DNA from: a virus
Virus record (IMG/VR): IMGVR_UViG_3300025264_002028
Coordinates: 1-64,000 of that record
DNA: 64,000 nt
Strand: one strand, 5' to 3'
A program made the position numbers and the translations under genes. The notes beneath the pieces are model-generated. The model was not told the origin of the DNA, made no database searches, and saw only the letters and a list, made by a program, of their open reading frames with translations. Positions 58,819-64,000 of the stretch are shown here, one piece after another (within the stretch, counting starts at the first letter, position 1; every line of letters starts with the position of its first letter).

Positions 58819-58991
58819 TTTTTGATGGCTTTAAAATAATTAAGCTCTTGTGTGACGGCTGAAATTCTACCGACTTCAGAACTTGGATATTTATCCTTTG
58901 CTATTTGTTCAGCTTGTTTGCAATCCGTTGCTTTTATTTTCAAATGTTTGGCTTGTCCATCTGGTAAAGTAATATAAACAACGTATTGCAT
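58806..58991 (-). CDS. Hypothetical protein
   Basis: 61 aa, GGGGGA RBS, overlaps the dnaB start. Confidence 0.55.
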   Translation of the reverse strand: MQYVVYITLPDGQAKHLKIKATDCKQAEQIAKDKYPSSEVGRISAVTQELNYFKAIKKWKK

Positions 58992-58999
58992 ATATCCCC

Positions 59000-59575
59000 C
59001 TATTTTTTAATGAGTTTCTCATACTCTTGTCTAGAAATAAAAGTTGTTTCTGTTGTCTGTTTGCTTCTGAGTTTCATACAATCGGGGCATTTTTCAATGG
59101 CCCCAGCTCCTTCATGGGTGTGGCTTTTTAGATAGTGATATGTTCTTTCTTCAGAGTTGCGTATCATATACAAAAATGAACGGTGTCCTTTCAGTAGCGT
59201 AATTATAGAATCTAGCTCTTCTTCAACAGAAAGCTTTTCTTCTGGCAAATCTGTAGACTCTTCTTTTATTTGCTGAAGTTGATTTAGTTTTTCTACTGAA
59301 ATTTCTACAATTTGTTTGTCTTCAGTACCCCATAGATCGTAACACTCCGTACAAAACTTTTGCATTTCCGTGTGGGGTTTTGCGTAGTGCAAACTTCTTA
59401 GTTGTGTATCCACCAAGCAATTTTCGTATTCATTCATCTTAGTTAAGATAGTATATATTTCTTCAAATTTACTTTCTATGGTTTTTTGTGGAGGAGTGGA
59501 GGATGTTGAAACCGTCATTGCTAGACAAACACCAAGGCCAATCAGATATAAAGCATTTAACAAATTGATCTTCAT
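59000..59575 (-). CDS. Hypothetical membrane-anchored/secreted protein with two HY..H..CxxC repeats
   Basis: GGAGA RBS, hydrophobic N-terminus, repeated His/Cys motif. Confidence 0.55.
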   Translation of the reverse strand: MKINLLNALYLIGLGVCLAMTVSTSSTPPQKTIESKFEEIYTILTKMNEYENCLVDTQLRSLHYAKPHTEMQKFCTECYDLWGTEDKQIVEISVEKLNQLQQIKEESTDLPEEKLSVEEELDSIITLLKGHRSFLYMIRNSEERTYHYLKSHTHEGAGAIEKCPDCMKLRSKQTTETTFISRQEYEKLIKK

Positions 59576-59583
59576 TATATCTC

Positions 59584-59901
59584 CTATGGTCCATGCCACG
59601 GCCACTTCTCAGCCATGGCCTTATTAACAGTGCCATTTTCACCAATCTCAACTAGCCATCTTCCATACTTTCCTGTTTTATATGTTCGAACATTCACGTT
59701 ACCACGGTCATCCATATTAGCTACTATTAATTTTTTAAGTTCATTGGTAGCCGTTTTGTAATCTACATGTCCCCGTTCAGGAGTATTAACACCTATAAGC
59801 CTACAACGAAGACGTGCCGTAAGCTTTAACCCTAGATCTACATCGAATTCGACAGTATCACCGTCAATACAGCGAATTAATTTTGCTCGATAGTTATACA
59901 T
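59584..59901 (-). CDS. Thermonuclease (SNase) family nuclease
   Basis: IDGDTV, RLIGVNTPE, GKYGRWL. Confidence 0.85.
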   Translation of the reverse strand: MYNYRAKLIRCIDGDTVEFDVDLGLKLTARLRCRLIGVNTPERGHVDYKTATNELKKLIVANMDDRGNVNVRTYKTGKYGRWLVEIGENGTVNKAMAEKWPWHGP

Positions 59902-59910
59902 ATCATCTCC

Positions 59911-60342
59911 CTATTTGCCAGAACTACCAAAGCCATCTCCTCCCCTCTCAGTTATATCAAGAGAATCAACCACTGTCAAAGAAAAGTCTGGAACTTCCTG
60001 AAAAAGTATTTGGGCGATTCTATCTCCAGCACTAACCTTTAGAGGAAATGGATCATTGGAAGCATTATAAAGACATACTTTTATTTCACCTCTGTATCCT
60101 GAATCTATTACGCCAGCAAAAATTGCAACCCCTCGTTTAACAGCTAGACCAGACCGAGGCCAAATTAAGCCAACATATCCTTCTGGGATTGACATAGCAA
60201 TTCCAGTAGCAATGGTAGCTCTGCGGCCACGCTCTATCTCCCTATCCTCTAAGGAGTAAAGATCCCAACCAGCATCACTTGTATTATTTTTAGTGGGCAC
60301 AATTGCTGTATCATCAAGTTTTTTAATATCAATATTAAGCAA
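59911..60342 (-). CDS. dut: dUTPase (trimeric)
   Basis: AGWDL, PRSGLA, GVIDSGYRGEI, GDRIAQ, RGGDGFGSSG. Confidence 0.95.
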   Translation of the reverse strand: MLNIDIKKLDDTAIVPTKNNTSDAGWDLYSLEDREIERGRRATIATGIAMSIPEGYVGLIWPRSGLAVKRGVAIFAGVIDSGYRGEIKVCLYNASNDPFPLKVSAGDRIAQILFQEVPDFSLTVVDSLDITERGGDGFGSSGK

Positions 60343-60783
60343 TTATCTTCTCCTTTTTACGAGGCAACTATCACACACAAAAAAATCTCGCGCGTGCGCT
60401 TCTGGAACAATACTTGTTTTACGACACTCTTCACATTTTTGCTCTACCCTTTTAGCTTTTTTTCTATCTCTTGCAGTTGGTTTGTAGGATGGGGTGGTGA
60501 CATCCATAGCCTCAATTTTATCATCAACAAAAAGATTCTTACGTTTACCTTGATTAACTGGTGTAGCACTAGCAGATCGCAGGTCTTTATCATCGGTTAT
60601 TGATGAGATAAAGTTGTCTTCATTTCGTGTTACTAGAGAATCTTTCTGCGGATCTTCTTCTTTGGGCTCTTCTGGTGGCGTCTCAACTGTTGCTAGTAAC
60701 GTATTGGCCATCTTAATAAGTTCAGGATCGTTAAGTTCCATTCCCTTTTTTAATAGTTCCTTAGCTGTGTCAATTACTGACAT
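60343..60783 (-). CDS. Hypothetical protein with a C-terminal zinc finger
   Basis: CEEC...CDSC. Confidence 0.6.
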   Translation of the reverse strand: MSVIDTAKELLKKGMELNDPELIKMANTLLATVETPPEEPKEEDPQKDSLVTRNEDNFISSITDDKDLRSASATPVNQGKRKNLFVDDKIEAMDVTTPSYKPTARDRKKAKRVEQKCEECRKTSIVPEAHARDFFVCDSCLVKRRR

Positions 60784-61247
60784 TATGTTCTCCTCTTAGA
60801 CAGGTTTTGTAATATATCTCCCATTCTTTTAGCATTATCAGCCTTTTCGATAAGGGAACTAAGTCTGGCATGGGTATGTGTTTTTATTTTAATAATTTCA
60901 GAAGCTAGAGGATTTTCTCTCACGGCGTTCCAATATTTTTCTTGCCATTTAGTATACTTGTCACCATATTGATTAACAATTGGAGATATTATATACCAGA
61001 TGCTATCGTCAGCCCAATCTAAAATTATTCTTTGTTTATTGTAAATGCTTTGTAAATAGTCTGCATGAGAATATAATGTATATGCCTTTTCTAGACACTC
61101 CTCAGCACTCAATGCCCGTAGTTCCATTTCACTTGTATTTAATATAATACCAGCCGTAGAATTTTCTTTCGTAATATCAATATTATTGATTGTTATCCAG
61201 TCTTCTACCTTGGATAAAAATTCATTCAATTTTGCTTCGCCACTCAT
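60783..61247 (-). CDS. Hypothetical helical protein (possible UvsY-like recombination mediator)
   Basis: 154 aa, helical-looking, two genes downstream of recA. Assignment is contextual only. Confidence 0.4.
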   Translation of the reverse strand: MSGEAKLNEFLSKVEDWITINNIDITKENSTAGIILNTSEMELRALSAEECLEKAYTLYSHADYLQSIYNKQRIILDWADDSIWYIISPIVNQYGDKYTKWQEKYWNAVRENPLASEIIKIKTHTHARLSSLIEKADNAKRMGDILQNLSKRRT

Positions 61248-61629
61248 CTATGTCCTCATTATATTTTAGTGCTACAAAAGTAATATCGTTTAGATTACAC
61301 CATTCAACTTTATCTTTGTCCCGAGCCTGTGCTTTATAAAAGTTCATCTTGTTTTTAAAAAAATGCGAATTATATTTGAAGTGTTGTTCTCCATGGACTT
61401 CTACAATTAGATTTCTATTTGGAACAACAAAGTCAGCACGCAAAACAGACTTTCGTATACTTGTTTTAGATCCCGGAAGAGAAACCTCCTCTAATATTCT
61501 ATCAAAAGGAAAAATTTCTTCAAGAAGTTTTTTTGCTTTATCGTGTAAGTTAGATCTTTCTTTTGACCTTGCTTGGTTACGGGCTGGTGTCCAGCTGTAT
61601 TCTTTACCGTCAAGACCTTTTACTTTCAT
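61222..61629 (-). CDS. Vsr/DUF559-like endonuclease
   Basis: LEEV, LRADF, VEVHGEQH, RDKDKVEWC. Confidence 0.72.
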   Translation of the reverse strand: MKVKGLDGKEYSWTPARNQARSKERSNLHDKAKKLLEEIFPFDRILEEVSLPGSKTSIRKSVLRADFVVPNRNLIVEVHGEQHFKYNSHFFKNKMNFYKAQARDKDKVEWCNLNDITFVALKYNEDIDEWRSKIE

Positions 61630-61632
61630 ACT

Positions 61633-62697
61633 CTAAAGCATCTCCTTTATTTCGCTTTCTAATATATGAACCACCTTAGGATTCTTATCCAAGAACTGAT
61701 ATAGTTTTTCTTGACCCTGTACTTTTACTGATTTCAAAACTGCCTCCATGTCTTCAATATTGACTTCTGGATTAATTTCTTTTACAAGCTCTAAATGGGA
61801 TGCCATAAACTCACACGTCAACCAAGCACCAGCTTTACCTATCATACCGAGGTCTTGTCCTAGAATAATAAGCTCTTGAATCTTATCTATACCATGTCCA
61901 TATTTTAGCCAGCTTTGACATTCTCCTCCCGGAGGACCCATAGAAGAACATAATATACGCCAATTAATAGCCTGTCCTACTTGTTGATCTCTTTGCTCCC
62001 ACGCGGCTATAGACTTAACTTCCATACGTGTATCGGCTTGATACTGTATTTTTTTACCGCAGTCTGGCATTCGTGGGGCGCCATAGCCTGACGTATTAGC
62101 AATAAAATGAGTAATAATAATCATAGTAGCCCGTTGCTTTGGTACAATTTGCCCTAGTTTTTTGCAGAAAACAGATAGCAGCTTGGGAAGACCTGCTCGT
62201 CCGGGGGACATATCTCCATCTAGTTCTTTTTCAGGCATTAAGGCTGAAGTAGAATCAATAATACATACGCACCTATAGTTTTCTTTAGCGCTTACTAATT
62301 TAACTGTGATGTCTAAAAATGCCTCAGCGCTTAATGGCTCGTCTTCTGCGTGTACAATATGAATTTTTTCTTTATCCAGACCATCTACGCCTAACAAATT
62401 CATTTCTTTAAGACGCCCTTCTGCATCTAAATAGATAATCGGGCGCTCTTCCTTTTGGCAGTTAGCTGCAATTTGAAGTGCTGTAGTTGTTTTACCACAC
62501 TTAGGATCGCCCGTCAAAATAATCCAAGAGCCCTCTTTAATCCCACCTCCCAATGCGATATCTATAGATGGTCCCACAGATATAACTTTGAAGTCTTTTC
62601 GTTGATCAAGGATCTGATTACCTGTCGATATCACGTTTCCATACTTTTTAATAATTTCCTTTTTAAAGGATGGATTATTCTTTACCACAATCATCAT
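61633..62697 (-). CDS. recA: RecA/UvsX recombinase
   Basis: DIALGGGI, Walker A GDPKCGKTT, YLDAEG, IIDS, AGAW. AAAGGAG RBS before the ATG at 62697. Confidence 0.88.
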   Translation of the reverse strand: MMIVVKNNPSFKKEIIKKYGNVISTGNQILDQRKDFKVISVGPSIDIALGGGIKEGSWIILTGDPKCGKTTTALQIAANCQKEERPIIYLDAEGRLKEMNLLGVDGLDKEKIHIVHAEDEPLSAEAFLDITVKLVSAKENYRCVCIIDSTSALMPEKELDGDMSPGRAGLPKLLSVFCKKLGQIVPKQRATMIIITHFIANTSGYGAPRMPDCGKKIQYQADTRMEVKSIAAWEQRDQQVGQAINWRILCSSMGPPGGECQSWLKYGHGIDKIQELIILGQDLGMIGKAGAWLTCEFMASHLELVKEINPEVNIEDMEAVLKSVKVQGQEKLYQFLDKNPKVVHILESEIKEML

Positions 62698-63145
62698 CAC
62701 TCCTTTCAGCTCTTTTAATTTTAGAAAACAGATTTGTCTGACCAAAGGCCTTACGAGGTTTAGAAGTATTGTCTATTTTTTTAACAATATTTTCTTCAGT
62801 CTTGGGCTGTTGATCTAGAAGATGGCGCATAAACGCCACTTCTTTTTTAACAAATGGACGTGGATTAAAAAAACCCAGAGAATAGGTGTTCTTTCCTCTG
62901 GGGGAATTTATATATTTTATTAAGGCATCTTCACCAAATTCTTTGATTAACTTTCTAGCTGCAACTATTTGTCCTTGATAGGACCTTTTTTGTTTTTTGT
63001 TCCAAAATTTATATGCCAGACTGCCTTCGTTATCTTTCTCGCATTTACGTTGACACATTATTTCAGCGGCGTACTGAGCAGCATCACAATATTCACCCGT
63101 TGAGGGCGACTTGAACCTGCTTACTTTGCTTCTTTTTTGAGCCAT
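62675..63145 (-). CDS. Hypothetical protein
   Basis: 156 aa, basic, coupled to neighbours. Confidence 0.6.
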   Translation of the reverse strand: MAQKRSKVSRFKSPSTGEYCDAAQYAAEIMCQRKCEKDNEGSLAYKFWNKKQKRSYQGQIVAARKLIKEFGEDALIKYINSPRGKNTYSLGFFNPRPFVKKEVAFMRHLLDQQPKTEENIVKKIDNTSKPRKAFGQTNLFSKIKRAERSDDDCGKE

Positions 63146-63602
63146 CTTTAAAAATCATTAGGTTAACGTTTTCGGGGGTCAATTTTCTAGTTTGGACGGG
63201 TGCCTCGAATTCGCACAGCGGCCAACTAAATTTTCTAACGTCTACAGTTTCAAGGTTATCATTTAAAACGCCGGCTGTCAAGTGCTGAAAAGCAGTAGCT
63301 GCTCCACTTTCCATATTTATATCTTTAGACACGCCACGTACTACAAACACTCCGTCCAAACCGTTGGGATTATCAAACAAAACTTCCTGAGGGGCGCCAA
63401 AAACCAATACTTGAACCTTGGTTACACATTCTCCAGTTTCTTCACAAAAATTCATAAGGCGCTCCCATGGAGAGCCCGTTTCTCCGGGCCTGTCATAATC
63501 TGACCATACAGTTTGACCGTCTGTCAGCGCGCATTTCCAGAGAATTTCTATATCTTCCATAAGGAGTTTATGAACATATGAGTCTTGTTTGGTACAAAGC
63601 AT
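63093..63602 (-). CDS. Hypothetical protein
   Basis: Likely start MLCTKQ at 63602, with GAGGA RBS, just after the upstream stop. Confidence 0.6.
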   Translation of the reverse strand: MLCTKQDSYVHKLLMEDIEILWKCALTDGQTVWSDYDRPGETGSPWERLMNFCEETGECVTKVQVLVFGAPQEVLFDNPNGLDGVFVVRGVSKDINMESGAATAFQHLTAGVLNDNLETVDVRKFSWPLCEFEAPVQTRKLTPENVNLMIFKDGSKKKQSKQVQVALNG

Positions 63603-63603
63603 A

Positions 63604-63915
63604 TCAGTCCTCTTTAATCTTGTGTATTGATCCTTCATGTCTGGTAGAGACATTTACTTTATTTTTTCGTTTGTTTTTATTTTCATCTGACACTATTGAG
63701 GCCGCTTCTGTCATTACCACCACTCCTCTCTCCTTTTTTCGGGCAAATAGATTATGCGTTATAGTGGTTGCATCTACGTCATCTTTAATAGTTTCTAGAT
63801 GTCCAGTAACTATTGTTTCTGATCTATTCAGCTTTTTAGACAAAGACGCTACAGTTTTATTGGAGTTTTGTTCTATGTAAGACTTCTCATCGTTAGATAG
63901 TGGTCCACGTTTCAT
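63604..63915 (-). CDS. Hypothetical protein (possible N-terminal HTH)
   Basis: GGAGA RBS; LSNDEKSYIEQN...VASLSKKLNRS. Confidence 0.55.
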   Translation of the reverse strand: MKRGPLSNDEKSYIEQNSNKTVASLSKKLNRSETIVTGHLETIKDDVDATTITHNLFARKKERGVVVMTEAASIVSDENKNKRKNKVNVSTRHEGSIHKIKED

Positions 63916-63916
63916 A

Positions 63917-64000
63917 TTAGTTCTCCATCATAAGCCTTCTGGCTCTAGTAAGGAATATCCTACTCGAAGATTTCAGATATTCTATATACAAATCAAATAC
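63917..64000 (-). CDS. 3' end of a gene starting beyond the window
   Basis: Open frame ...VFDLYIEYLKSSSRIFLTRARRLMMEN*, ending 1 nt before the next ATG. Confidence 0.6.
   Translation of the reverse strand, partial: VFDLYIEYLKSSSRIFLTRARRLMMEN

Noticed and set aside
17361-63880. Short + strand and alternate-frame ORFs overlapping the - arm genes
   Set aside because: They overlap well-supported genes and lack recognisable motifs.
1-64000. Stop-codon reassignment (alternative genetic code)
   Set aside because: Genes are full length in the standard code, and TAA, TAG and TGA all occur as stops at tight gene junctions.

Overview
This window looks like part of a large, AT-rich dsDNA bacteriophage genome. 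It uses the standard genetic code, has tightly overlapping genes, and shows no rRNA, tRNA or CRISPR array that I could see. It has two convergent arms that meet at a bidirectional terminator at ~17.1 kb. The + arm (1-17082) encodes very large, probably virion/tail, proteins with FG-GAP-like repeats, beta-strand repeats, E1-FCCH-like domains and Cys-rich regions. The - arm is read from 64000 downward. It starts with a replication/recombination module (RecA, dUTPase, SNase, DnaB, primase, dNMP kinase, Cas4-like nuclease, a DnaE split in two around a DEDDh exonuclease, SSB). Next is a ~21.5 kb, 26-gene glycan biosynthesis/modification cluster with no membrane-export machinery, then a homing endonuclease and a Rad52/Sak-like gene. 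It ends with an 8-gene auxiliary metabolic operon for apparent lysine/arginine catabolism: single-domain HPPD-like enzyme, aldehyde dehydrogenase, arginine-dihydrolase-like enzyme, lysine 6-aminotransferase, membrane protein, class I aldolase, saccharopine/lysine dehydrogenase and an OCD/mu-crystallin enzyme. A structured, possibly pseudoknotted leader RNA with a U-tract precedes this operon. The operon plus leader is the best candidate for an undescribed system. All functional calls come from motif recognition by eye, with no database searches. Several starts were moved from the ORF track to the downstream ATG that overlaps or abuts the upstream stop.
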